Assembly: GCA_964016885.1 (NCBI GenBank) | Contig: OZ024743.1 | Span: forward strand, 65,906,001 to 65,970,000 | Length of the DNA stretch: 64,000 bases | From: Eledone cirrhosa | Taxonomy: Eukaryota | Direction: 5' to 3' | Notes under the pieces: model-generated | Seen by the model: the letters and a program-made list of their open reading frames with translations, nothing else | Database searches by the model: none | Told to the model about the DNA's origin: nothing | In this document: piece by piece, positions 49,583 to 63,149 of the stretch | How the letters are laid out: every line of letters begins with the position of its first letter | Position numbering within the stretch: position 1 is the stretch's first letter | Made by a program: the position numbers and the translations under genes

Positions 49583-50899
49583 GTAATAGAAACTATTTAA
49601 TGAAGTGAAAAATATTAAAGCGTTAGCTAATACAGATCGAACGCAATGTAAAGTATCTGATCTATAAACCGCCTTACGTTGATTAAAAGACCGAGATTGG
49701 ATATTTAATATTTTTCTCAAACTATATACTAGCTATAACATCGACTAAGATATCTTTAGCCTGCAATTCTTTAATTTCTACACTGTTTAAATAACCGACC
49801 ATTTGCCTATTTTTTGCCTGCAGAATATGTAATGAGTGTCAGACCATATATTTTCTACATGCACTCGTCATGTACCTAAAACAAAGCCAAGTATACATTT
49901 ATTTGTTGTTCAGTTTTATCTAGTCATAGCTGAGCTGTACTAATAATTTATTTGACTGATGGACTGATGGACTGATGGACCAATGGAGAGTTATACATAT
50001 TTTATTGTGTAAACAGACTACATATATTAAAACATGCGATGGCGATTATATAAAAGCTTCCGGTTACAGTGAAAGTAGAAGCGTCGTCTGTCAGTCTGTC
50101 AGTCTGACAGTCTGTTTGTCGCTCTATCTGTCTATTTCTCTTTCTATCCCCCTCTCTCTTACTCTCTCTTTATACATACATACATACAGACACACGCATA
50201 TATATATAAACATATTCATATTCACAATCATATACAATACATATATACGCATATACTTATGCTTACATGCACTTGCATTTGTTCATATATATATATAAAT
50301 ATAATTTCAGCGAGCTCGGATTTCTGCTGTGGTCGAAAACAAAGCGAAACGCAATATCCGAGTTATGCTGGCAAGCGCTCCATGGACCAAATAAAGACCA
50401 GAGCAATACACATAGGTTATAAAGGCCAAACAAACTGAGATGGCGGTCAAGAAGCCATTAACCACCTAAGCCAAAAAGATGAGGCAAGCCAAACAGGTCA
50501 AACAAAATAATTGAATATTTACCCGGACCCCAGGAAAAGATGGTATAATCCAGTACAGGGTTTCTGCGACACCTAAATCAATTATACTGCCTGCTTAAAT
50601 AATAAGCTTTTGGCATAATGATAGAACAAGGCTGTCACTTGGTCAACAGGTATTTTGTTCTACGCCAGCATGCAGGATCACGCAGTGGTATGTAGTAGTA
50701 AAACCACGTAAGTAACTCTGCAAGGGAGAAAACCCCAGATTTTGGCAGATGAATTCAGTAAGTGTAAAATTAATGCAATAATTGCAAAAACTGCACAAAT
50801 CGAATTAAGCTCGCGACCAGGTAGTTTTTAAAATAAACTTAAGCAATTAATCAGTCAATAGAATTATCTAAAGAAATTAACTGCTATATATATATATAT

Positions 50900-51891
<992 letters not shown>

Positions 51892-52054
51892 TATATATAT
51901 ATATCAAAGGTATATATTGAGTTAGAAACTCAAAATACTCTCTTTCAATTAAATAGCTCAAGGAAAGAGATTTTTCCGAGCCGTGTAATATAACTGAATA
52001 TAAAAGAGAGATAAACACAGATATATACATATATGTGTTCAAATCGTAAGGGAC

Positions 52055-53200
52055 CAGATTCGCTAGGGTGAAAAAGATACGTCCTCGCTGACCTCGATAC
52101 TTGTATCCGAGCAGCAGCCGAGGAGATATGCAACGTCAAGTTTGACGACATAGGGTGGCAACAGGCCACTTTACCTGTCATGTTTGGCGGCCTTGCCCTC
52201 CGGACTCCGATCTCACTAGCTTTGCCGGCGTATCTTTCGTCGGTAACATCGTGCCGCGTCCTCGTCAGCAGGGTTCTTCAAAACACAACAGAACCCTCTG
52301 TATTCAGAGAACGTGAGGCCGCCTGTGAGACGTGGGACCGGCTGGGACTTAGCCCAGTAGACGTCCCCCTCCTTTTCCCCCCTTTGACGTTAAGGCCCCC
52401 CCCCCAAGGCACTTGGGATGCCAACCAGTTCAGCCTGGCCTCAGACAGGCTCACGTACCAGCTCGACCAGCACCGCCTTGCTTGTTTTCGTGCGGCCTCC
52501 AAACCCCATAGTGGTGCCTGGCTCCATGCCCTGCCCTCCTTCTCCACTGGCGCGCAGCTAGACAACTATAGCCTGCGCATCGGCGTTTCCCTGAGGCTCG
52601 GCCTCCGGATCTGCCAGCCACACCGATGTCGCTGCAGTTCCACCGTGGACTCTTTCGGCCGCCACCCGCTTTCCTGTCGCCACATTGCCGGCCGCATTCC
52701 ACGCCATGCTGCCTTCAACGAGGTCACTAAGCATGGCTTGGACGCTGCAAGCTTCCCTTCCCAGCTCGAGCCGGTGGGGCTGGATCGAGGGGACGGCAAA
52801 AGGCCAGATGGCATGACCATCTTCCCGTTCCTCGGTGTCCAACCCCTCGTCTGGCATGCCACTTGTACTGACACTTTCTGCAGCCGCAACCCGGGCAGTC
52901 TACGACTGACCCAGGTTCTGCTGCACGTCGGGCTGAGGGGGCCAAACTCCTCAAATACCGGTCGCTCTCCGACAGGTCTGCTGTCGTACCCCTGGCAGTT
53001 GAGACTTCTGGTGTCCTCGGCCCCAGTGCTACCTCCTTACTCACCACCATAGGTGCTGAGCTGGCCAGCCGCAGGTGTGAGCCCCGCGAGTTGGAGTGGC
53101 TCTTCCAGCACGTCTCCCTCACCGTCCTCCGAGGAAACGCCTTCTCCATTCTATCCGCCGGGGCTGTGGGTGGGCCACATCGCGTACCGTTGTAGTTGTT
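52055..53200 (+). mobile_element. 5'-truncated CRE-like non-LTR retrotransposon (RT thumb, zinc finger, restriction-like endonuclease)
   Basis: WQQATLPVMFGGLALR, SGAWLHALP, CRCSSTVDSFGRHPLSC, RHAAFN, GKRPDG, then after a frameshift AEGAKLLKY, PLAVETSG and LRGNAFSI. Confidence 0.85.
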
Positions 53201-53254
53201 GTAGAAGAAACAGGAAGACAACATCTAATCTAATATGTTCCCCTAAACTTATTT

Positions 53255-53323
<69 letters not shown>

Positions 53324-53686
53324 AACAAATTCGGGATCCCGATGCCTGTGCTCCTGGCGTTTCAAGAGCTAGATCCGATTCATATTACCTACTCCACTAC
53401 CCCAAGTATTGAGTACTCTCTTGAGTAATGGAGTAATAGTCTAACGGATTTTACCGCTTCCATTCTGATATATATATGTCAGTTGTCTAACCTGATTAGT
53501 TTTTTCGTTGTTTTTGGTATTGTGTGGCTAGGTCTCCCTGCCACAATTTTCAATTTGTCAAGCTGTCTAAACGTATGTTATTACTTTAAGGCTTGCAACC
53601 TTATTGAGTGCTTTGCTGCTCATTCCTAATTGGAGGTCGTTAGCTTGGCCACAGCCAAGGCTTCGATTTTACTAAGCTTCCACTTG

Positions 53687-53733
<47 letters not shown>

Positions 53734-53899
53734 TTGTGTGTGTATTTATGTGGTGGGTTAATTACAAAATAATAAAATAATGAATATACACATAACCTGC
53801 TTTACATGCTGAGTCTTGTGTGCATGAGCGTGTGTATGTGTGTATGCGTGTGTGTGTGTATGCGCGGATGTTTGTGTATATATATATATATATATTGGG

Positions 53900-54200
<301 letters not shown>

Positions 54201-54325
54201 GTGTGTATGTGTGTGTGTGTATTTGTATGTATATATGTGTATATTTATATTAGCAAATTAATGATAATCAAAATAGGCATAATGTGCTTTACATAAGTTG
54301 TGTGTGTGTGTATATATACATACAT

Positions 54326-54421
<96 letters not shown>

Positions 54422-56171
54422 TCTTTTACTCTTTTACCTGTTCCAGCCATCCGACAAAGACCATGCTGTGGCACATATATATATATATTAATGAAATAAC
54501 AGGAGGCTGGACTGGTGAAAATCCTTGAAAGGTTTATTATACTATGATCATTTCAATGACTGGATCCCATATGAATACGGTGATATCATCAGGTATTGGA
54601 ATATAACAAAGGAATATGTAAAAAGCCATGGGTCCGAAAAATCAGAAACAGAGGGGACGGCTGACCAACGAGCTTCTCAGCCAGCCGCCCTCAAAGTGTT
54701 AGCAACCGAAAAACTACCAATGAATATCTGGTGAGGGGGCGAAGGCTTACAATGCGCTACCACCACTCCGTCAAAGAAGAAGGGGAAGAAGGAAAGAAAG
54801 GGAGTAAGAAGTGTAGTGTAAGGGTCAAACTACATTCATGTTAGAAAATGCCGCGAAAAAATGCTACCCAAAGAATCTATAATGTGTGTCTGTATGGTCT
54901 AATGTGTGAACCGAAGATTGGAACGTTAAACTTACGTTGCGAGTTATAGGATGAAATTAAATTAAATTAAAAATATTAAATTGCAAAATGGTAAATTGAA
55001 AAATAGAGGTAGCGAGATTTATTTATTTAATGAAATTACGGAGAGAGTCTTATATGAAAAACATTTTTTTAGATATTAGGATGGGATATAGAGTAAAGAT
55101 TTCGATTGGGTGGCCCAGCCAGCACACCCACCACCATGAGTCAGCCAGTTTCGAGTGGTATCGTCCAGCGAAAGAAATGGAAATTAATTTTTCCGAGTAC
55201 TCTAGGAACGTAGCTAACTTTGGCCCCGGGATCGCTAGCGGGAACCCCACAATTTCGACAGGCCATCGTCTATACCACGAATACTATTAAATCAAACATT
55301 AGGGGTTTATTTACGTGTCAGTGGAGGCATGACACAGCTAATAGTCATGCCCAAACCTGGAGTTTGTACAAGTATAATGTGGCGGCCAAAACAGGCGGCG
55401 CGTTGGGACCGGGGCAAAGCAAGTCGCTCCGAGTAATTTCATTTACCGAAAGAGGAGAAATTTATTTTTCCGAGCACTCAAGGAAGGCTGAACTTTCCGA
55501 GTGCCCAGCGCGCAGCCGAGAAAGGTCACCACATAAGTCGAAGGTAACAACCCAGTGAAAAGTGCAAATAGGCCAAAATTATGTTAAAGTCCCAGTTAGT
55601 CCGGGTTATAGGTAGTGTGGATCTTAGGTGGGTAGGGGGCTATGAAAGGTGCATAATGACCTGAGTAAGGAAAAGTTACAAAAAATATGAAAAAATATGA
55701 AAAAATAATATAAAGATAGAATACATTGATGAAAATACATTAATAAAATAATAAAAAAAATAATAAAATATACATTAATGAGATAGAAAAAAATTAATAA
55801 AGGTAAATAAGAATCAATATAGATCAAGTTGTAGTAAGATAATACAAGTTGTACATATAGAAATAGATATAGAGGATGGAGGAGATGGAATGGTAACAGG
55901 TTGTACCTTGTGTAAAGTTCAGTGCGAGTCACAAAAAATCCTGAGGTATAGAGTAGAGAATTCAGACCATACAATACATGTTTTAGTATAATACGTAGAG
56001 TTTTGTCGTAATCGGAATCATCCCGACAAGGAAAGTAGTATCAGGTGGCGGTAGATAAGGCGCAGAGCAGCCAAAATCCGAATGGTAAGTAGATCAGTTA
56101 ATCCCATGCTGGTAATAGCTGTACACTGAAGTCAGTGCCGCTGTTCAATATTACATTTTGAAGTGTTCAAC

Positions 56172-56243
<72 letters not shown>

Positions 56244-56457
56244 AAAAAGTAAACAGAAATAACAACACGATCGGCACAGTATATGGAAGGGATATATTAG
56301 GTTAACCCTTGATATAGCAGATATATACTCCCAATCTTATCTCGACTTCACCTCCTCCCATCCAACCCACACCAAACACTCCATACCCTATTCCGAATTC
56401 CTCCGTCTTCGTCGACTCTGTAGCCAGGACGACGATTTCGAAACCCATTCCCTTCAC

Positions 56458-57108
56458 ATGGCTTCCTCCTTCATCCAGCGTGGATATCCCCCCACCTTGA
56501 TCCAAGTTGCTCTCACCCACGCCCGTGAAACAGACCGCACCACAGCCCTCTCACGTTCCTTCCGTATCCTCACTTCTGACCCCGTCACTTCTCGCTTTTT
56601 TCCAAACCCACCCATTACTGCTTTTAAGCGCGCGCGAAACCTCCGCGACCTCCTGGTTCGAAGTTCTTTTTCGTCCTCTCCCACGACTTCACCCGGCTCT
56701 CCTCCTTGTTCCCGTTCCCGCCGCAACACTTGTCCCTTTATTTCCACCCTCACCACTCTTATAGGCCCTAACGGGTCTTTCCGTATCTGCCATTCCTTCA
56801 CCTGCACATCCACCCACGTTGTCTTTGCCCTCTGGTGTTCCCTTTGCGGGTCTTTATATATCGGACAAACGGGACGCTGTATGGCGGACCGTTTTGCCGA
56901 ACATTTGAGGGACATACAACTCGGTTTGGATATTCTTGTCGCCCGTCATTTCTGTTCTCCTGGTCATTCTTCCCTACATGTTTCAGTCCTGGGTGTCCCT
57001 TTACATCATGGATCACAGGCCTCGCACGCCAGGACTGAACAAAGTCTGATTCACCGTCTTGGATCCTATTCCACTCTTAGACTCAACTCACCTCCCCAAT
57101 TTCTCTAA
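56458..57108 (+). pseudogene. Penelope RT-thumb/linker/GIY-YIG endonuclease fragment
   Basis: RGYP, PPITAFKRARNLRDLLVRS, FTCTSTHVVFALWCSLCGSLYIGQTGR...RFAEH; RT core missing. Confidence 0.85.
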
Positions 57109-57566
57109 TATCCCGTCCAATATCACACCCCTTAATTCCTATCGCTTTCGCTTGATCATTAGCAGCTTCTCTTACAACTAATACATGCCGATACACACCC
57201 TTATATTAACATACTTTTTCTCATAGCTTCGTACTTACATGCACACACACTCTTTTACTCACATATACACACACATTTCTTCTTAGCTTCGTACGGACCT
57301 ATAATAAGACACACACACACACACACACACTAACTCATGCTTACGCAGGTGCTCAAGTATAGCTCTTTTTACAAAGCGTTTTTTTTTCCATTTCAGGTAG
57401 ACGCCTGCCATCATCCACTTTTCTAAAAAACAAATCATACACAAAACGCCAGCACCAACAGTTTTGCAAGAGATGTCAACATGAATGGACCTGTTATTTT
57501 TATCTAGAGACATTTTTTCCAATTTCAACCCGCCCGTCTCCTCAATCTATTTTATTTCTCATTTTT

Positions 57567-57602
57567 TCTTCTGATGAAGGACTAGCGTCCGAAACGTTAA
57601 GA
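57567..57602 (+). ncRNA. Minimal type I hammerhead ribozyme motif
   Basis: TCTT-CTGATGA-A-GGAC-TAGC-GTCC-GAAA-CGTT-AAGA: intact core, 4-bp stems I and II, palindromic AACGTT in place of stem III. Confidence 0.75.
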
Positions 57603-57805
57603 CCCTCTTCCTGCTATATCAAGCGTAAACCTAATATATCCCTTCCATATACTGTAGCGATGGTGTTGTTATTTCTGTTTACCTTTTACATACACATATA
57701 TATATATATATATTATATATATCTGCTATATCAAGCGTTAACCTAATATATCCCTTCCATATACTTGAATGTGTGTTTGTGTGTGTATATGTATGTATAT
57801 ATATA

Positions 57806-57881
<76 letters not shown>

Positions 57882-57965
57882 CATATATGTATGTATATAT
57901 GTATATATATATATACACGTATATGTGTGTGCATGTATATATACATATACATATATATTTATATA

Positions 57966-57996
<31 letters not shown>

Positions 57997-58062
57997 ACGT
58001 ATATAATACATACGTAACTATGTATTTATATACATAATTATATATTTATTTTAATTAATAAT

Positions 58063-58170
58063 TGTTTCTACTTTAGGCACAAGGCCAGCAATTACCCAGT
58101 ACATTACTGGTACTTTATTTTATCGACCCCGTAAGGATGAAAGGCAAAGTCAACCTCGGCGGGATTTGAA
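58063..58170 (-). mobile_element. SINE 3' half
   Basis: TACTGGTACTTTATTTTATCGACCCCGTAAGGATGAAAGGCAAAGTCAACCTCGGCGGGATTTGAA. Confidence 0.85.
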
Positions 58171-58300
58171 TTAATAATGCAATCCTATCAACAAATAATC
58201 GAAAATGTTTTCTTCTTCTAATACGGTGAACCTATCATCTGATAAGTCAACAGAATTACAGTTTGAAGCCTTCCATACTACTTATCTTAGAGACTCATTA

Positions 58301-59267
58301 TCCGAAACGTATCCCCCAAAAAGGACTATTGCCCACACCCACCACAAACAGTACACCAGCACCACCCACCTCCAAAAATACACTAATACCACACACAGCA
58401 AACAAAATACAGACACCACCAACCACAAACACAACACAAACATCACCACCACCAGCACCAAACACAAGCACGACACAAAAATCACCACCACCAACCACAA
58501 CACAAACATCACCACCACCATTACCAACCACAAGCACGACACAAACATTACCACCACCACCACCACAAAACCCATTCCAAACAAATAATAAAAAAAACAG
58601 TAACAAATCTACCCCTCCCGCAAAAAAAAAACAACCACACAACACGTCCCTCCCACCTAGCGCTGAAGAGTTTCCCCCAACTTCTGAAGAAGAAGGAGGA
58701 GAAGCCTTCAGACAAGTTAAAAGAAAAAAAAGAAAACACACACCCAGCACACCACAAATAACCCACACACAAACACCAACTCCAATCAAAAACACCCCAC
58801 CCTCAACAAACAAAAATAAATCTGCGCCTCCCCTCTCCGAAACATTGACAGCATCACAAAAAAAGACGTTGCAATACACATATATAAATAAAGAAAACAA
58901 AAAACTGGTTAAATTAATAAACAATAACCCTATGGTGCAGACCGAAGGGCCAAACTTTATCTCAACAGAGAACTTCACCCATTTAAAAATGATAAAGGTC
59001 CCTCTGGACCTTTATCGTTCCTTAAAAGAACAATTTAGACGGGACGTGAGCCCCCCCTGTTTAAAACCGTTGAATCGCGTCCTCTTGAAAGATTTCCCCA
59101 TAACCGCCCCTCTCCCTGACACAACTCCAAATACCCCAACCCCACCACACACGTGTACCCCCACACCACCACAAAACATCCCTCCACCCAACACACCTGA
59201 TGCCATGGAAATTACGCAACCCGGAGAGGTAAGTGCTTTTCTTTCTTCACTTTCAACACCAAAATAG
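58301..59267 (+). pseudogene. C-terminal part of LINE ORF1 (Pro/Thr-rich)
   Basis: KRKKRKHTP and PCLKPLNRVLLKDFP match ORF1 pieces of the minus-strand copy; the N-terminus and zinc knuckle were lost by 5' truncation. Confidence 0.8.
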
Positions 59268-59272
59268 ATCAA

Positions 59273-62200
59273 TTGAGAGTTGGATGTTTGAACGCGCGTG
59301 GCCTGAGCTCAGCTTGGAAGCAAGCAAAGCTTCTAAGTGACCTCAGGTCACAAAGTATAGATGTGATGGTTGTTTGCGAGAGTCGGATCAGCAGCGTGAG
59401 ACAGCTGGCGCCCGCCTTCGATGACTTTGAGATGCACGCATCTCTCTGTCAACCCGGAGGCGGGGGGGGAGTTGCCGTACTGCTGGATAAACGTCTGACT
59501 CTCGACGTACAGATTGTTCACTCGGACCCGGGGGGTCGATTACTGGTGCTGGACGTCGGAGGTGGTGAAGGCGGGGCTTTCAGACTGGTCGGTCTTTATG
59601 CTCCCTTCGGGGCGGAGAGAGCCGACTTCTTCCAACGTCTGGAGACTTTTCTAGGAACGTCGCGTTCCCTGCTTTTAGTGGGGGACTGGAATGGAATCCT
59701 AGATGCGCGTTGGGACTATGCAGGGGCATGTCCCGATAGAGGGGGGTGTAGCAGCCTCAAGGGGTTACTCGATCGATTCGACCTGGTCGATAGATTTCGA
59801 CTAGATTGTCCAACTGCGCCAACCTGGACCTGGGCAAACCGCAGTGGACAATCTAGATCGTACCTAGATAGGTTTTTGGTTAGGAGTAAGGATAGGGACG
59901 TATTTAGTTGTCCAGAACTGATCATGGTTGGCTATTCAGATCACAAATTAGTGACCTGCGTGGTCAACCTTGATAGAACGCATAGACAGGGTCCCGGTTA
60001 CTGGAAGATGAACTTGTCCTTACCGACAAAGAAAGATTACAGAAACCGGATTAGTAGCTTAGTTAAGATGCGGTTGACGGGAGCGATCGTCAACAGCAGG
60101 TGGTGGGTATCTCTAAAGAGAGAGATTAGAGTAAGTTCGATAGGTTACAGTAAGGAACTAGCGGCGAATAGAAATAGGAGGGAAAGGGAGTTAACAGATA
60201 AACTAGAAGAGGCGATTAGGAGCGGAGACGTAGCCAGAGTGTTAGCGACGAGAACGGCATTGAGCCAGTTCTTTGACGCGAAGCACGAAGGCTGCGTTGT
60301 CCGAAGTAAAATACGTGCTTTAGGAAACGAGGGGACCAAAGCTGTTAGCTGGGCCCGCGTGACAGAAGCCAAGAGTGGGATTAAATCCACCATTCGGTCT
60401 TTGCGAGACCAGGATGGACGGGTGATCCTTGAACCTGAGCGAATGTGCGAGACCTTTCAAAGGCACTTTGCTCGACTGTTCGGAGGTGGCGGGGGGCCGG
60501 ACGGGGATGTGGACTTCGGTCCATACCTCGACGGTCTACCGCGTCTTTCGAGCGGCGAAGCGGAGTGCTGCGAAGGGCCAATCACAGCCACTGAAATCGG
60601 GGAAGCGCTCAGCCAATGCAGCAGACGCAAATCCCCGGGTCTCGATGGTCTACCATACGAACTTTATTTAGCTATGCCGGTCTTGTTCTCCGAACTCCTC
60701 GAGGCTGTCTATTGCAACTGGCAACAGAACGGGAGAATTCCCTGTTCTGTGACCAAGGGCGTGGTCACGCTAGTGAGGAAGGACGAGAGCAAGGGGGACG
60801 ACTTAAGTAACTTTAGGCCCATAACTCTGCTGAATGCAGAGTTACAGATTTTGGCCAAGGTGTTGACGAAGAGGTTGGCGCTTGTGGTGGGTGGTTTGGT
60901 GGGAGACGCGCAGACATGCGCTATCCCGTCCAGGTCCATTCACGACAACCTCCACCTCATGCGATACATCATAGAGAGGGTTGGCTACGAACCCGGCTTT
61001 GGTGGGGCCCTGATCAACTTGGATCAATCTAAGGCGTTCGATAGGGTCGACCATGGTTACCTGGATGCGGTGCTAGCGGCGGCGGGCTTCGGACCCGTTT
61101 TCAGGGGCTGGATTTCTGCCATGCACAGTGGCAACATCTACTCTAGGATTAAAGTAAACGGCTACCTCTCGGAGCCGTTTCAAATCACCCGATCCATCAG
61201 ACAGGGGTGCCCCCTCTCCTCCCTTCTGTACGTATTGACTCTCGAGCCACTGCTGCGGAAGTTGGAGTTGCTGCGGGGCATACCCCTGGAACCGGGATTG
61301 CACAAAGCGGTCTCGGCCTATGCCGACGACGTAACAGTAATGGTGGCGGACGCCTCGGAAATCGGGGCGATCGCCACCCTACTGGAGGAATACGAAAGGC
61401 TGACGGGGGCTAAGCTGAACCAGGACAAGTCGGTCGGTTTGCAACTCGGAACGTGGAGGGGCAAACCGATGCCGTTGGACGGTGTCGTCGGGCGGTGGAC
61501 GGAGGGCCCGGTGAAGCTGCTCGGGGTCTGGTTCGGACCGGACCTCCAGGTGGAGAAGAATTGGGGCGAGGTGACGAGCAGGGTGTTTGCGCTGACCCAG
61601 AAGTGGGCCAAGTGCAAACTATCACTGAAAGGTCGGGCGGAGGTGACGAACGCTTACATAGCGTCCGTCATCTACTACCGCCTGACCGTCGTGCCTTGCC
61701 CCAAGGAAAAGCTCACCACCATGGAACGCATGCTCTTCCAGTTCCTCTGGAAGAAGCGGCCTCCCATGGTGAGGAGATCCATCTGCTGCCAGCACCCTTC
61801 GAAAGGAGGGCTGGGTATGCCGTGGCTGTTGATGCGTAGGCACGCATTGAGGCTACGGCATCTACAGGTATTCCTCAACCGTCAGCCGGTGTGGGCCCCG
61901 TTTGTGAGGCGAGCCTTCCCACAGCTCGTCTCGCTCACCGAACTGCAATCCTGGGTGAAGCAAAGACCGAGAAAACTGGGCAACTGGCACACTGAGTGTG
62001 CCCAGGCGCTCACGGCTATCTGGCAAGCGGACCCGACTGTCAGTGGAGAATCCACCTCGACATTCTATAGAGGGTTGGTGGCTAGCAGGGGCGACGACAC
62101 CCTTGGAGAGTCGCTAGGCATGGAGGAGGACGAACTGGCCAGCCTGTTCGGTAGAACTTTCGGCCCGGGACCCATGGACAACTTCCAGAGGTCCCTAGCC

Positions 62201-62701
62201 TGGCAGTGTTACCGGGGGGCTCTGCCCGTTCGAGAAAAGCTCTACAGACACGGGCGCCCGGGCAGGGATCCCGCGAAAAAGATCTGTCCCAGATGCGTGC
62301 GCGACGAGGAAACCGTTGCGCATGCACTGGTACACTGCCCGGGCGTTGCCGATCTGTGGGGCTACGTCGAACGACTGCTGTCGCGTGTGGCGCCGATTCG
62401 ATTAACCGCCGAGTCTGTGGTGAACATCAAGCCGCCTCCTCCCTTCAGAAATGAAGCAGAGGCGGTCTTTCTGTGCGTAATAGCCATGATGAAAGAGGTT
62501 GTGTGGTGGACGCGCCTGAAAGGTCTGAGGTCGGGTGACTTTCTCTCCGGCCATCACCTGGTTTACTTCTTCCGATACCACTTCGGAAGAAGAATCAGGA
62601 TGGAGAGAGAAGTGCTTGGTCCCAGACAGTTTTATGAAAGGTGGGTGAAAGAAGCGAGAATGGCCCGTGTAAATGGGCCTTCTCTCTACATTGTTCTGTA
62701 G
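59273..62701 (+). CDS. LINE ORF2: APE endonuclease, reverse transcriptase, C-terminal zinc finger (1142 codons, uninterrupted)
   Basis: CLNARGL, VGDWN, SYLDR, YSDH; FRPITLLN, DQSKAFDRV, IRQGCPLS, AYADD; CPRC...ETVAHALVHC. Confidence 0.93.
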   Translation: MRVGCLNARGLSSAWKQAKLLSDLRSQSIDVMVVCESRISSVRQLAPAFDDFEMHASLCQPGGGGGVAVLLDKRLTLDVQIVHSDPGGRLLVLDVGGGEGGAFRLVGLYAPFGAERADFFQRLETFLGTSRSLLLVGDWNGILDARWDYAGACPDRGGCSSLKGLLDRFDLVDRFRLDCPTAPTWTWANRSGQSRSYLDRFLVRSKDRDVFSCPELIMVGYSDHKLVTCVVNLDRTHRQGPGYWKMNLSLPTKKDYRNRISSLVKMRLTGAIVNSRWWVSLKREIRVSSIGYSKELAANRNRRERELTDKLEEAIRSGDVARVLATRTALSQFFDAKHEGCVVRSKIRALGNEGTKAVSWARVTEAKSGIKSTIRSLRDQDGRVILEPERMCETFQRHFARLFGGGGGPDGDVDFGPYLDGLPRLSSGEAECCEGPITATEIGEALSQCSRRKSPGLDGLPYELYLAMPVLFSELLEAVYCNWQQNGRIPCSVTKGVVTLVRKDESKGDDLSNFRPITLLNAELQILAKVLTKRLALVVGGLVGDAQTCAIPSRSIHDNLHLMRYIIERVGYEPGFGGALINLDQSKAFDRVDHGYLDAVLAAAGFGPVFRGWISAMHSGNIYSRIKVNGYLSEPFQITRSIRQGCPLSSLLYVLTLEPLLRKLELLRGIPLEPGLHKAVSAYADDVTVMVADASEIGAIATLLEEYERLTGAKLNQDKSVGLQLGTWRGKPMPLDGVVGRWTEGPVKLLGVWFGPDLQVEKNWGEVTSRVFALTQKWAKCKLSLKGRAEVTNAYIASVIYYRLTVVPCPKEKLTTMERMLFQFLWKKRPPMVRRSICCQHPSKGGLGMPWLLMRRHALRLRHLQVFLNRQPVWAPFVRRAFPQLVSLTELQSWVKQRPRKLGNWHTECAQALTAIWQADPTVSGESTSTFYRGLVASRGDDTLGESLGMEEDELASLFGRTFGPGPMDNFQRSLAWQCYRGALPVREKLYRHGRPGRDPAKKICPRCVRDEETVAHALVHCPGVADLWGYVERLLSRVAPIRLTAESVVNIKPPPPFRNEAEAVFLCVIAMMKEVVWWTRLKGLRSGDFLSGHHLVYFFRYHFGRRIRMEREVLGPRQFYERWVKEARMARVNGPSLYIVL

Positions 62702-63149
62702 GTGAAGAAGTGAAGAGGAAAGGGGGAGCGCCTCCTCTCTGGGCTTCCCCCGCGAAAAGAGTTGCACACTTTTCGGGGGTATGTGCAATCCCCAACACGC
62801 CCCCTCCCTTTTGAGGACTTTTTATTGTTATATTATTATTGTTATTCCTTTTTTCTTTACTCGATTTATGTAAACTCCCCCACTGTGTAAATGTCCCCTT
62901 CTTTTGTGCCCTCGTGGCAAATAAATAGAAATTTATCTTAGAGACTCATTAACGTCCTTGTATGTCTATATTCCATAGTACAGCTAAACTAAACTAGACT
63001 GTTCAGGTAAACTAAACTGACGGCATGTCGTCGTCTTTAATGTTGTTCACCTGTAGACTAATAGGATTAGAGAACATATCAAATTAGATATGTTTTACAT
63101 CATTTAGGCCAAGGATTCGTCTTTCATTGATTCAGTTAATTTTTCATGC

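Larger units (their letters stand above)
56241..57765 (+). mobile_element. 5'-truncated Penelope-like element (Neptune-like) with inverted 5' pseudo-LTR piece and partial tandem 3' pseudo-LTR
   Basis: 56241-56320 is the reverse complement of about 57610-57690; 57724-57764 repeats CTGCTATATCAAGCGT...CCCTTCCATATACT; a GIY-YIG ORF lies between. Confidence 0.88.
58301..62932 (+). mobile_element. Young 5'-truncated L1/Tx1-like LINE with 19-bp target-site duplication
   Basis: TTATCTTAGAGACTCATTA at 58282-58300 and 62933-62951; partial ORF1, complete ORF2 and 3'UTR. Confidence 0.95.

Noticed and set aside
54541-54600. Minus-strand CTGATGA...GAAA as a hammerhead
   Set aside because: Stems I and III do not form convincingly
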